Origin: Promethearchaeota archaeon | GTDB taxonomy: Archaea; Asgardarchaeota; Lokiarchaeia; Sigyniarchaeales; SOKP01 | DNA: 12,022 bases | Direction of reading: 5' to 3' | Assembly: GCA_008080735.1 (NCBI GenBank) | Contig: SHMW01000106.1 | Span: 1 to 12,022, forward strand | In this document: piece after piece, positions 1-8,171 of the stretch | How positions within the stretch are numbered: the first letter of the stretch is position 1 | Layout: the number at the start of each line of letters is the position of its first letter | Translations under genes and position numbers: made by a program | The notes under the pieces: generated by a model | Seen by the model: the letters and a program-made list of their open reading frames with translations, nothing else | What the model was told of the DNA's origin: nothing | Database searches by the model: none

Positions 1-1
1 A

Positions 2-451
2 TTCATTTTGACCCGCGTATAAGGCGACTTTCATAGGTTTTTCGGAGTCAATAATGATTTCACCTCCATTTTCTACTAACGCGATTTTTGGAAGGCTATA
101 TCCAGGAGCATCCTTTCTCATCGCCTCTATCATTAGGTCTGCGAGAGCTCCAGCAACAGCCGCCATAGGCCCCACATCACAGATTTCAGCAGCCTCAGCC
201 ATTAATTGAATTATTTTGTAATCTTTTTTCACGGGAACGGGAGAAAAGGAAGTTAAGAAATCACTATTTTTCGAGGTATACGTTTCTAATATTGCTCTGT
301 GTGTATAAAAAGCTTCTTTTGCCTTGGAAATCGCTTCCTTAGAGTCCGATATGATCGTGATATCCGATTCTTTCTCAATAAAATGATGTTTATAAGGGTT
401 CACTTTTTGATAATAATAATCATAATCAATAATGGGTATTTTAAAACTCAA
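2..451 (-). CDS. UPF0280 family (ApbE-like) protein, 5' part; runs off the left edge of the window
   Basis: Not in the ORF track; translated by hand: (L)SFKIPIIDYDYYYQKVNPYKHHFIEKESDITIISDSKEAISKAKEAFYTHRAILETY...FLTSFSPV...MAEAAEICDVGPMAAVAGALAD...ALVENGGEIII...VALYAG. VGPMAAVAG and VENGG(D/E)I are UPF0280 hallmarks. Start uncertain: TTG at 451 or GTG at 403; in-frame stop at 482-484. Confidence 0.88.
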   Translation of the reverse strand, partial: MSFKIPIIDYDYYYQKVNPYKHHFIEKESDITIISDSKEAISKAKEAFYTHRAILETYTSKNSDFLTSFSPVPVKKDYKIIQLMAEAAEICDVGPMAAVAGALADLMIEAMRKDAPGYSLPKIALVENGGEIIIDSEKPMKVALYAGQNE

Positions 452-516
452 AGAATTGATAAAATATAAATAAATAATACCTTATTATTTTAATAAAACA
501 TTAATTCCTTAAATTT

Positions 517-1008
517 ATGAGTGAAATCGACTACGATGAAATCATCAACCAATTGGAAAAAGAATTAAATGCACAGTGTGCAATAGCGAATAAATATGGG
601 ATAATTTTAGGTTCGGCAATCAAAGAATTTTCCAAGGGAAGGGTAATACCACAAAAAATACTCGAATTAATTTCCAATAGAAAAGATATCGCTGATGTCC
701 TTTCATTGGATATGATTACCTCATTCGCGCTTGAAGCCAAGGAAAATAACTATCTATTCACTTTTAGTGATCAATTCATACTTATTTCAAAGCTTGGATT
801 GGATGTGAATTTAGCAAAATTTATGCCCAGTATTCGCATGTTTCTTAAAAATTTGAGTAATAAAATTCTGACTCGAGACAAACCTGAATTCTCAACTTTC
901 GATTTTTCAAAGGAATTATCTCAGATGGAAGAGACACTTAAGGAAGAAAGCGTAGGAAAAGATAAATATTCAATAGTAAAAGACCTAATAAAATATATTT
1001 CTGAATAA
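517..1008 (+). CDS. Putative roadblock/LAMTOR (MglB-like) fold protein with a C-terminal helical extension
   Basis: 163 aa. Pattern of helix (IINQLEKEL), strand pair with Gly turn (CAIANKYGIILGS, cf. roadblock 'xxxVxxDGlxIAS'), helix, three short strands (ITSFALEA / NYLFTF / FILISK) and helix (LAKFMPSIRMFLKNL). Lies directly upstream of a small GTPase. The CDS is solid; the fold call is by eye. Confidence 0.6.
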   Translation: MSEIDYDEIINQLEKELNAQCAIANKYGIILGSAIKEFSKGRVIPQKILELISNRKDIADVLSLDMITSFALEAKENNYLFTFSDQFILISKLGLDVNLAKFMPSIRMFLKNLSNKILTRDKPEFSTFDFSKELSQMEETLKEESVGKDKYSIVKDLIKYISE

Positions 1009-1009
1009 T

Positions 1010-1014
1010 GGTGA
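1010..1014 (+). promoter_or_regulatory. Archaeal Shine-Dalgarno GGTGA for the GTPase gene
   Basis: GGTGA lies 6 nt upstream of an in-frame ATT at 1021. Confidence 0.55.
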
Positions 1015-1020
1015 GAGAGT

Positions 1021-2913
1021 ATTTTACGACAAGTTTATATCTATAAATCAAATGAGCTTTTATACCATAGACATTTTGGAAAGGCTTTAAAAGAGGAAGC
1101 CTTGGCATCTGTTATTGATGAGATTGAAGAGGAAGCATTTAGTAAAACTGCCGATGAGGTAGATTACCACGATTTCTACAAGTATCGTATCTCCTACATT
1201 ACAAATAAAGAATTGAGATTACTGTTTTTGTTTGTTACCGGTCTTACCGATAATTTTGAAGATATCGAAAAAGAATTGAAAAAATGTAAAAAAGAATTTT
1301 TAAACCTTTTTGACGATATTCTTCAACATAAGTTTGACAAAAAGACCTTTGAAGTGTTTGACCCTACTGTCGATGCAATTCATAGAAATCTTCGACCTAA
1401 AATCTCCTTGGTTGGATTTTCTGGAGTGGGAAAAACCACAATCACACGGTTAATTAAAGCAGAAGAGATCCCTATGCAGCATATTCCAACCATTACTGGG
1501 GATATCGCGACTATAAAGATAGGTAAGCTCCACTTTCATCTCTGGGATTTTGCCGGACAAGAACAATTCAGTTATCTGTGGTCTAATTTTATTAAAGGGA
1601 GCGATGCAGTTCTATTAATCACAGATTCAACGCTCGAGAATGTTGAAAAAAGCAAGTTTTTCTTGGAATTGATTAAGGAACAAGCTCCAGATGCTCATTC
1701 TGCGGTTATAGCGAATAAGCAAGATTTGGAACAGGCCTTAAAGCCCGATAAATTAGAAGATATTTTGGGTCTAAAAGCTTATTCAATGATAGCTATAGAC
1801 CCCGATAATAGGGATAAAATGATAAAGATTATAGCTGATGTATTGGAAATGAATACTCAAATATCCCCGTTATTGAAACCTTTACTTGAGCGAGATGAAA
1901 AGATGAGGGCTGCTCAGAATGCATTAGAAAATGCAGATTTTGCTAAAGCAGCAGAATTATTCGAAGAAATTAGCGATCTCTGCTTAGATTTGGGAGATGA
2001 TTCTTTGAGTCAAGAATTCTATAAAAAATCCAAGAAGATTAAAGCACAACTTAGCGGCTTAAAGGGTGGAGAAAAAGAGAAACCAAAAGAAATAGAGAAA
2101 GAAGTGGAAAAAGAAAAGATTAAAGAGCCAGAATTAGCTGAGTTTGAAGAAGCAGAAAAACCCGATGAAAAGGTTGAAAAAGTAGCTAAGAAAGTTGAAA
2201 AACCCTCAATCCCAAAAGTTAAGCCCCTTCCCACTTTGAATGAATCCGAAGCTAAAACCGAACCTGAGAAACCCATATCAAAACCAGAAGAGAAAGTTGA
2301 AGCAAAAACCGAAACAGCTACATCAGAAGGACAAACAACAGCGCCCAGTGGTGATTTTGGGTTGAAATTAAACCCCGAAGACTTTATGATTAAACAAAAA
2401 CCAAAGAAGGTAGGGTCTGTACCTAAGGACGCGAAAAGAAAGTTAAAAACTTCAGCTTATGGCCATGTTGTTAATCCTCAACGATCGGAAGCGAGTACAA
2501 CTAAGAAACCAAAAAAGCCTCCAAAAGTTGAAAAAACCCCCGAAGAGGAGAAAAAAGAAACACCAGCCAAACCCGAATCAAAAATAGAACCAGAGTCAGT
2601 AAGACCTTCTGAATCTGAAACAATGTCCGAACCACCTAAACAAGCAGAATCTCCCCCCACTACCATACCAAAAATGCAAAATAACGTTTCCACGGAAACC
2701 TCGAAGCAGCAAAAGGAAGAATTGAAGAAAGAATTAATGGATTTAAAAATCAAGAAAGCACGAATCTCAAAGATGGGCTTGGATTTTGAAATGCAAGAAC
2801 TCTCGGGAGAGATTACCGCAGAAGAATTACATGAAAAAAAGGCGAGATTAGAGTCGCTAGAAAAAAATATACAAGACCAAATCAAAGATTTAGAAGCAAT
2901 TCTTAATGGATGA
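1021..2913 (+). CDS. Longin-like domain + Arf-like small GTPase + helical domain + P/E/K-rich disordered linker + C-terminal helical hairpin (630 aa from ATT 1021; ORF track starts at TTG 1102)
   Basis: G1 GFSGVGKT (1414-1437), G2 HIPTI, G3 WDFAGQE (from 1543), G4 NKQD (from 1714), divergent G5 (SMIA). The frame is open back to 1015, and from 1021 adds ILRQVYIYKSNELLYHRHFGKALKEEA, which resembles longin strands beta1-beta2. Confidence 0.88.
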   Translation: MLRQVYIYKSNELLYHRHFGKALKEEALASVIDEIEEEAFSKTADEVDYHDFYKYRISYITNKELRLLFLFVTGLTDNFEDIEKELKKCKKEFLNLFDDILQHKFDKKTFEVFDPTVDAIHRNLRPKISLVGFSGVGKTTITRLIKAEEIPMQHIPTITGDIATIKIGKLHFHLWDFAGQEQFSYLWSNFIKGSDAVLLITDSTLENVEKSKFFLELIKEQAPDAHSAVIANKQDLEQALKPDKLEDILGLKAYSMIAIDPDNRDKMIKIIADVLEMNTQISPLLKPLLERDEKMRAAQNALENADFAKAAELFEEISDLCLDLGDDSLSQEFYKKSKKIKAQLSGLKGGEKEKPKEIEKEVEKEKIKEPELAEFEEAEKPDEKVEKVAKKVEKPSIPKVKPLPTLNESEAKTEPEKPISKPEEKVEAKTETATSEGQTTAPSGDFGLKLNPEDFMIKQKPKKVGSVPKDAKRKLKTSAYGHVVNPQRSEASTTKKPKKPPKVEKTPEEEKKETPAKPESKIEPESVRPSESETMSEPPKQAESPPTTIPKMQNNVSTETSKQQKEELKKELMDLKIKKARISKMGLDFEMQELSGEITAEELHEKKARLESLEKNIQDQIKDLEAILNG

Positions 2914-2931
2914 GAACAGACTAATATTGGG

Positions 2932-3804
2932 TTAAAGAATATCCATTAAATATTGATCTGGTACAGCAACTTCACCAATTTTTATTCCTTTTTTACCACC
3001 ATGATAATCCGACCCCCCAGATTTAATTAAACTGTACTCATCAGCAATTTTTCTATAAAAATTTGGTAAGACGTCTTGGGCCCACTCTGCCCTTTCCGTT
3101 CCCACAAATGGGCGATTTTTATTGTAGGAATATTCTATTTCCAATCCCTCTATGCCCACATTTATACAGAATTCTATAAAACTCCCTCTGTCAGGTACCT
3201 CATAAATTCCCGGATGAGCTAAAATGGGGATGCCACGTGCTTCCTTAATTACTTCGATTGATTGTTCAAGACTGACTTCAAATTTGCGATCCACATACGC
3301 TTTTCCTCCGAGACTTATCATCCTAAAGAGCTGGTCCTTTGTTTTTCCTTCTATTTTTTCTGGATTATTTTTAATAAGGACTTCTACAATGTGGGGGCGC
3401 CCAATAGTTTTAGACTGAGCCACAGCTTTTACTTCATCAAAACTAATATTATAACCAAATTCATTTTCTAATCGTTCACAAATGTCCCTCTTTTGCTCAA
3501 TTCTTCCTTCTCTTTGTTTTTTTAAAATTTCAACTAATTGATGTGAAGTGTGATTAATATTTAATCCCACTATATGAACATCCCGGATTTCGCGCTCAGG
3601 CTCGTGTCTTATGGAGAATTCTATTCCTGGAATACATATGATCTTTTTAGTTTCCCCAAAAGCTAAAAAGTCTTCAATCCCATCTATGGTGTCATGGTCA
3701 GTGAGAGCGATGGCCTTTAACCCTAAACTATTGGCTTTTTTGACTAATTCTTGTGGTGTGTCTAATCCGTCAGACTCACTTGAATGTAAATGTAGGTCAA
3801 TCAT
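2932..3804 (-). CDS. PHP-domain metal-dependent phosphoesterase (YciV/TrpH-like)
   Basis: Motifs DLHLHSSESDG, ALTDHD, GIEFS, VHIVG, GRPH, LAHP, GGSDYHG. Confidence 0.93.
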   Translation of the reverse strand: MIDLHLHSSESDGLDTPQELVKKANSLGLKAIALTDHDTIDGIEDFLAFGETKKIICIPGIEFSIRHEPEREIRDVHIVGLNINHTSHQLVEILKKQREGRIEQKRDICERLENEFGYNISFDEVKAVAQSKTIGRPHIVEVLIKNNPEKIEGKTKDQLFRMISLGGKAYVDRKFEVSLEQSIEVIKEARGIPILAHPGIYEVPDRGSFIEFCINVGIEGLEIEYSYNKNRPFVGTERAEWAQDVLPNFYRKIADEYSLIKSGGSDYHGGKKGIKIGEVAVPDQYLMDIL

Positions 3805-3820
3805 ATTGATACTTATATTT

Positions 3821-4315
3821 TTAGCTTTTATTATAATGTAACGAGGGTTTTTTGACTCTTTTATCTCTTTTTTTGGTCTTTTTCGGACTCGTGAATAAAT
3901 AGCTTATCCCTCTTGTATAGGGGCGGTTTTCATTCCCTCCAAAAATTTTTCTTGAAAAATCTTTAAAGAACATAAACCATATTGGGTAAGAGATAAACAT
4001 GATTACCCCGATCCAATCTAATGCTCTCATTTTGAAATTTATACCCCAATAGATACCAAATAATTGAAACGAATTCCACATAAAATCGCGTCCATTATCA
4101 ATAGAAACCCAGGGAATATTGTTTAGAAAAGGAAAAACAAAATCAAAAATGCCCATATAGATTAATACATCAAGCAATATAAACCCCAAATTGACGATTA
4201 GAGTAAAATATGAAATCCAAGCAAGCTTTCCCTTAGCAAGACCATATTTTCGATACCAATAATGTGAAAGAAATCCACACAAAGCAATCAGAATTAAAGT
4301 GGAAACAAAACCCAT
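3821..4315 (-). CDS. Uncharacterised membrane protein (about 3 TM helices, basic C-terminal tail)
   Basis: Hydrophobic segments at about aa 1-20, 31-60 and 99-117; Lys-rich C-terminus; TAATG overlap with the upstream SDR stop and a perfect SD. Confidence 0.8.
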   Translation of the reverse strand: MGFVSTLILIALCGFLSHYWYRKYGLAKGKLAWISYFTLIVNLGFILLDVLIYMGIFDFVFPFLNNIPWVSIDNGRDFMWNSFQLFGIYWGINFKMRALDWIGVIMFISYPIWFMFFKDFSRKIFGGNENRPYTRGISYLFTSPKKTKKRDKRVKKPSLHYNKS

Positions 4316-5559
4316 TAGAAGATTTCACCTCCTTTCATCGGAGTTTTATAATGTGATTCACTAACCGAAGAAGGTTTCGGCTCCGTGTTTACGAATTTTG
4401 GTAGTTGCTCTGTAAATTTTGGCAACCATCTATGAGTTTTATACCAAGTAATAGTTTCATAAATTCCCTTCCTAAAATCGTTATAGAGAAAATGGAAGCC
4501 TAAATCTTTTAATTTTTTATTAGAAAAGTAATATTGATGAGTTAAATAACCCACCATCGGAAGATCAAATTTCGGTCGAATTCCCAACTTATTTGCTTTC
4601 TTTTCCTTTCTCTTTGCAAGGAAATAGGTAAATTTGCTGAGCAATTTAAAGAAAAACCATGGCATTGGAACCACTGAAAATGTTATTCCCAATTCATTAT
4701 AGACAAATTCTAAAAAGTGCTCTTGGAGAGGGGAGTCATTAATCACATTGTAACATTCTCCAATAGCCTCTTCATTTTGCGACACGAATACAGCCGCTCT
4801 GACTAGATCTTTTACGTGGATCATAGGCATCATTAATTTTCGTTTTTTAGGGAAAATTTTTGCTAAAATCGAATGCCCCATAATATAAATTGTATAGAAT
4901 ATATGAAACATACCATAAGTTTGGTATGGACCATAAATAGGGGCAGGTCTGAGTATAGTATATTGAAAAGTTGGTTCTTGTTCCGCTGTCTTAAAAATTA
5001 ATTCTTCTTGTTCTACTTTTGTTTGAGAATAATTATTAGGAGGATCATAGAGCGCAGTTTCGTTGACGGGATAAATGAAGCCATGCTGATCTGTGGGATA
5101 GTTCGGTTCTCCATAAACACCGCAAGTGGACCAATGGATAAACCGAGGGATCTCTGTTCCAGTCGTTTCTGAATATTCTAAAACGATATCTAATAGATTT
5201 TTGAGCCCCTCATAATTAACCATATGCAAGAGTTCATAGGAGGCGCCATAATCATATAAGGAGGCAGGATGGAAGATAACATCGTAATTTTTTCTATCAT
5301 TTTCGAAAAATTTTTCAGAAAACAATTTTCGCAGTGAGTCCTTCTCAGTAAGATTAGAAGGAATGAATGTGACATTTTCGAGTTGTCTGCAGTCTAGGAA
5401 CTCATTTTTGGTATGAAATAACCTCTCCTTTGTCATTATCTCAGCCCTTTCTTTCTTTTCTAAATCCGTCGCAACAACTTTCCATCCGTTTTGTACGAGT
5501 TCTCTGACCAAAAACGAGCCAGTATGACCAAAAGCACCATCTACTAATGCATATTTCAT
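4315..5559 (-). CDS. Extended SDR: NAD-dependent epimerase/dehydratase (3-beta-HSD/HpnA-like)
   Basis: Rossmann GxxGxxG (DGAFGHTG), acidic residue after beta2 (ATD), WSTCGVYG, catalytic YSQTK (YxxxK), RPAPIYGP, IHVKD, FSNKKLKDLGF. Confidence 0.9.
   Translation of the reverse strand: MKYALVDGAFGHTGSFLVRELVQNGWKVVATDLEKKERAEIMTKERLFHTKNEFLDCRQLENVTFIPSNLTEKDSLRKLFSEKFFENDRKNYDVIFHPASLYDYGASYELLHMVNYEGLKNLLDIVLEYSETTGTEIPRFIHWSTCGVYGEPNYPTDQHGFIYPVNETALYDPPNNYSQTKVEQEELIFKTAEQEPTFQYTILRPAPIYGPYQTYGMFHIFYTIYIMGHSILAKIFPKKRKLMMPMIHVKDLVRAAVFVSQNEEAIGECYNVINDSPLQEHFLEFVYNELGITFSVVPMPWFFFKLLSKFTYFLAKRKEKKANKLGIRPKFDLPMVGYLTHQYYFSNKKLKDLGFHFLYNDFRKGIYETITWYKTHRWLPKFTEQLPKFVNTEPKPSSVSESHYKTPMKGGEIF
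4325..4332 (-). promoter_or_regulatory. Shine-Dalgarno GGAGGTGA embedded in the 3' end of the SDR gene
   Basis: tcacctcc on + reads GGAGGTGA on -, 9 nt before the ATG at 4315; it lies within the SDR C-terminal codons (KGGEIF). Confidence 0.8.
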
Positions 5560-5665
5560 AATATGAGCAACTACCTTGAGATGATTTAAATTATTGGGAT
5601 TAATAATTATTTGTTTAAATAAACTAACGAAATTAAATTTTTAGTTTGAACTTTCTACTGGGGAC

Positions 5666-5700
5666 AAAAAAGAGGAGAGGATTTTATTAAATGAGAAAAA
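5666..5700 (-). terminator. Possible archaeal oligo-T terminator of the 7TM gene
   Basis: T5 immediately after the stop, then a pyrimidine tract ending in T6 (CCTCTCCTCTTTTTT) on the - strand. Confidence 0.35.
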
Positions 5701-6462
5701 TCATTTTGATAATGGTAAATTTAGAAGTTTTCGTAGCCATTTGGGTAATAAAAATCCGGTATAAAAGCAAAATACTGAGATTATGAGAATTATTCGGATA
5801 AGAATTATAAAGATTGGTCCCAATTCAATTATTGAATCAGCAATGGCCGCTATACCGAAGAACCCGAACCCAATGAATAATAACCTGCCTTTCCAAAGCA
5901 TATCTCTTTCTTCGATCTTCGTGGATACATAGGCAAAATGCAGTCCCGTCAATACTGCTGTAATTACAACAATAGCTAAATACACTATTACAAACCCTTT
6001 ATAATCGATATCAATAGGGTTTACGTCAATATATATCACTCCCAATAATTCATACACCGGGGCATCAGGGGCGATATAGAGGAAATAAAATAAATATATC
6101 TCAAAAATGAGAGAGAGGATTCCGAAAGTTAGTAAAACTTTTTTTCGATCCTGTGGGCGTATTGTCGTCATGTAAACATCTAACCACGCAATAATTGCTA
6201 TAGGGATTGCAATAGTCCCTAATAATATATAAAAGGATTGATCTAAGAAGGTTTGGGTAATTAACCAAATAAAATATCCAAATCCACTGGGATACCACGG
6301 AGAGAATGTGAACAGGACCGCCAAGAAAAAGGAAAATAGCAATCGTTCCTTGGTTTTGATGGCCCTATATAACACAATAGAGCCCATTATAAGATTAATA
6401 GACACAGCAAGTAAGGCAGTAACACCCGAAACTTGAAAAGTAATCTCGTTATAAAAAAGCAT
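5701..6462 (-). CDS. Stand-alone seven-transmembrane protein of unknown function
   Basis: 253 aa with seven hydrophobic segments, basic residues in alternating loops (YRAIKTKER, RPQDRKK, KGR), and a C-terminal amphipathic PKWLRKLL; no soluble output domain. Confidence 0.8.
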   Translation of the reverse strand: MLFYNEITFQVSGVTALLAVSINLIMGSIVLYRAIKTKERLLFSFFLAVLFTFSPWYPSGFGYFIWLITQTFLDQSFYILLGTIAIPIAIIAWLDVYMTTIRPQDRKKVLLTFGILSLIFEIYLFYFLYIAPDAPVYELLGVIYIDVNPIDIDYKGFVIVYLAIVVITAVLTGLHFAYVSTKIEERDMLWKGRLLFIGFGFFGIAAIADSIIELGPIFIILIRIILIISVFCFYTGFLLPKWLRKLLNLPLSK

Positions 6463-6622
6463 AAATTTTTCCTTAACTTCCTTTTTAAAATTGAAATAAT
6501 GGTTTGATGTAAGGATCTTTCTTCTTATTCTATTTAAAGATTCTTCATATTAATTATTGGAAAATTGCTGTGCTGAGAAGAATTAAAAATTTAAGAAATC
6601 CAACATTTTAAGGATAGATAAT

Positions 6623-8050
6623 ATGACAGTTGTCGTGATGAAATTCGGAGGAAGCTGTTTAAAAGATGCGGATGCGTTTGAAAAAATCGTTCAGATTACG
6701 AAAATCTACAAGAACGCGAAAAAGATTTATGTTGCGTCGGCATTCAAGGGAATCACGGATATGCTTTTAAATACCGCCAAAAGTGTAAATGATAATAAGG
6801 ATATAAACCGAAATATTACTCTTATTGAGAAAAAGCATTTAGACATTATCGAAGAGATTTTCCAACAAGATACCGATCATTATGATAGATGTAAAGAATG
6901 GGTGGATGCGAGATTAAGTGAATTGGAAGATGGACTCTCGGATATCGAAGAATTTGGGCTGGAACCTTATTATCGAGATTATGTATCAAGTTTCGGTGAA
7001 CGTCTTTCTACGTATATTCTTAATCAATATTTACAAAGTAAAGGTTTTGAATCGGTTTTTATCTCAGCGAATAATCTGATTATCACTGATGATAAATTTA
7101 ATAACGCATATCCTCATTATGATTTAACAAATGCTCGTGTAAAAAGACAGATTATTCCGCTCATAGAAAATCCGAAGAAAGACACGATTTTTTGTATCAC
7201 CGGATTCATTGGAAGAAATAAGATAGGATACATTACTACTCTCGGACGAGGTGGTTCTGATTACACCGCAACTATTATTGCCAGGTCGATTTATGATATC
7301 GGTTCAGATAAAGACATAAGAGTCATTTTATGGAAAGACGTAGATGGTCTATTAGCAATAAATCCGAAATATGTCCCAGAATCCATCCTCATACGCAATT
7401 TGGATTATGAAGAAGCAAAACAAATAGCTAATTTCGGTGCAAAGGTTCTTCATCCAAAATGTCTTGAAGCAATTGAAAAGCGCAATATTCCTCTTGAGAT
7501 ACGTAATTTTGACAATCCATTAGAGAAAGAAAACTATACCACCATTTCAGAGATTACAAACAAACAGCAAATCAAAGGTATCTCTACAATAGAAGATGCC
7601 ACAATCATCACTATTACTTCTGGAAGTATGGTGGATGTCCCAGGTGTGCTGGCAAAAATATTTCAGATTATGGGAAAAAATAATATCAGCGTATCGTTTG
7701 TAGCACAGAGTTCTTCCGAAATAAGTACTTCCTTTGTAGTAAAGGGAAATGATGGAGAGAAAGCCATAGAAGCTCTTAAAAAGGAAAACTTCTTCTCCGA
7801 GTTCTATGAAATAACGTGGGAAAAAGTCTCTATAATCAATATTACGGGATTGAAAATTCTAGATAATACCACAAAAGCGGAAATATTTAGTGCTTTAGCA
7901 AAGAAAGATGTGAAGGTAAAAGCAATTTCCCAGAGTAAAGATGAGTTTAATTTATCGCTTGTTGTTGATCGAGACCATCTTTTAGACGGGATCATGATCA
8001 TCCACGAAGACCTATGCGCCGATTTTGAAATGTTTGAATGTGTGGATTAA
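6623..8050 (+). CDS. lysC: Aspartate kinase (monofunctional, C-terminal ACT domains)
   Basis: MKFGGS, SFGERLS, TTLGRGGSDYTA, WKDVDG, FGAKVLHP, and ACT signature MVDVPGVLAKIFQIMGKNNISV...QSSSEIS. Confidence 0.95.
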   Translation: MTVVVMKFGGSCLKDADAFEKIVQITKIYKNAKKIYVASAFKGITDMLLNTAKSVNDNKDINRNITLIEKKHLDIIEEIFQQDTDHYDRCKEWVDARLSELEDGLSDIEEFGLEPYYRDYVSSFGERLSTYILNQYLQSKGFESVFISANNLIITDDKFNNAYPHYDLTNARVKRQIIPLIENPKKDTIFCITGFIGRNKIGYITTLGRGGSDYTATIIARSIYDIGSDKDIRVILWKDVDGLLAINPKYVPESILIRNLDYEEAKQIANFGAKVLHPKCLEAIEKRNIPLEIRNFDNPLEKENYTTISEITNKQQIKGISTIEDATIITITSGSMVDVPGVLAKIFQIMGKNNISVSFVAQSSSEISTSFVVKGNDGEKAIEALKKENFFSEFYEITWEKVSIINITGLKILDNTTKAEIFSALAKKDVKVKAISQSKDEFNLSLVVDRDHLLDGIMIIHEDLCADFEMFECVD

Positions 8051-8068
8051 AATTCTATTAGATTTAAA

Positions 8069-8090
8069 TCTCCTTTTTATCATTTTTATC
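8069..8090 (+). terminator. Possible oligo-T terminator of lysC
   Basis: TCTCCTTTTTATCATTTTTATC about 20 nt after the stop, in a convergent intergenic gap. Confidence 0.35.
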
Positions 8091-8171
8091 TATAAAACTT
8101 ATAAATAAGATAGAAATAGGTTACGATATTGTAGTTTCAAAATATTTTTTTATTTTTCTTAGTAATTGTGA

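Noticed and set aside
531-740. 69-aa antisense ORF
   Set aside because: Shadow of the roadblock-like gene; no recognisable motif.
1102-1104. TTG start given by the ORF track for the GTPase
   Set aside because: The frame continues 27 codons upstream with longin-like sequence and an SD-preceded ATT, so TTG is probably internal.
2060-2700. Apparent tandem repeats in the purine-rich linker DNA
   Set aside because: GAA/AAA/CCA codon bias; no fixed-period repeat or repeat-spacer structure, so neither CRISPR nor VNTR.
2019-2885. Antisense ORFs of 85 and 135 aa, rich in S, F and G
   Set aside because: Mirror translations of the K/E/P-rich linker.
3224-3841. Three short + strand ORFs (64, 69 and 76 aa)
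   Set aside because: Antisense to the well-supported PHP gene.
5589-5608. Inverted repeat AATTATT-N6-AATAATT upstream of the SDR gene
   Set aside because: Short and pure A/T in an AT-rich promoter region; likely chance.
5701-6462. Microbial rhodopsin or heliorhodopsin call for the 7TM protein
   Set aside because: No retinal-binding Lys motif (DxxxK/SxxxK) in TM7.
6463-6622. Lysine riboswitch upstream of lysC
   Set aside because: A 160-bp AT-rich divergent promoter region with no evident stems.
5190-8001. Short ORFs 5190-5375, 6101-6298 and 7804-8001
   Set aside because: Nested in alternative frames of, or antisense to, strong genes; no motifs.
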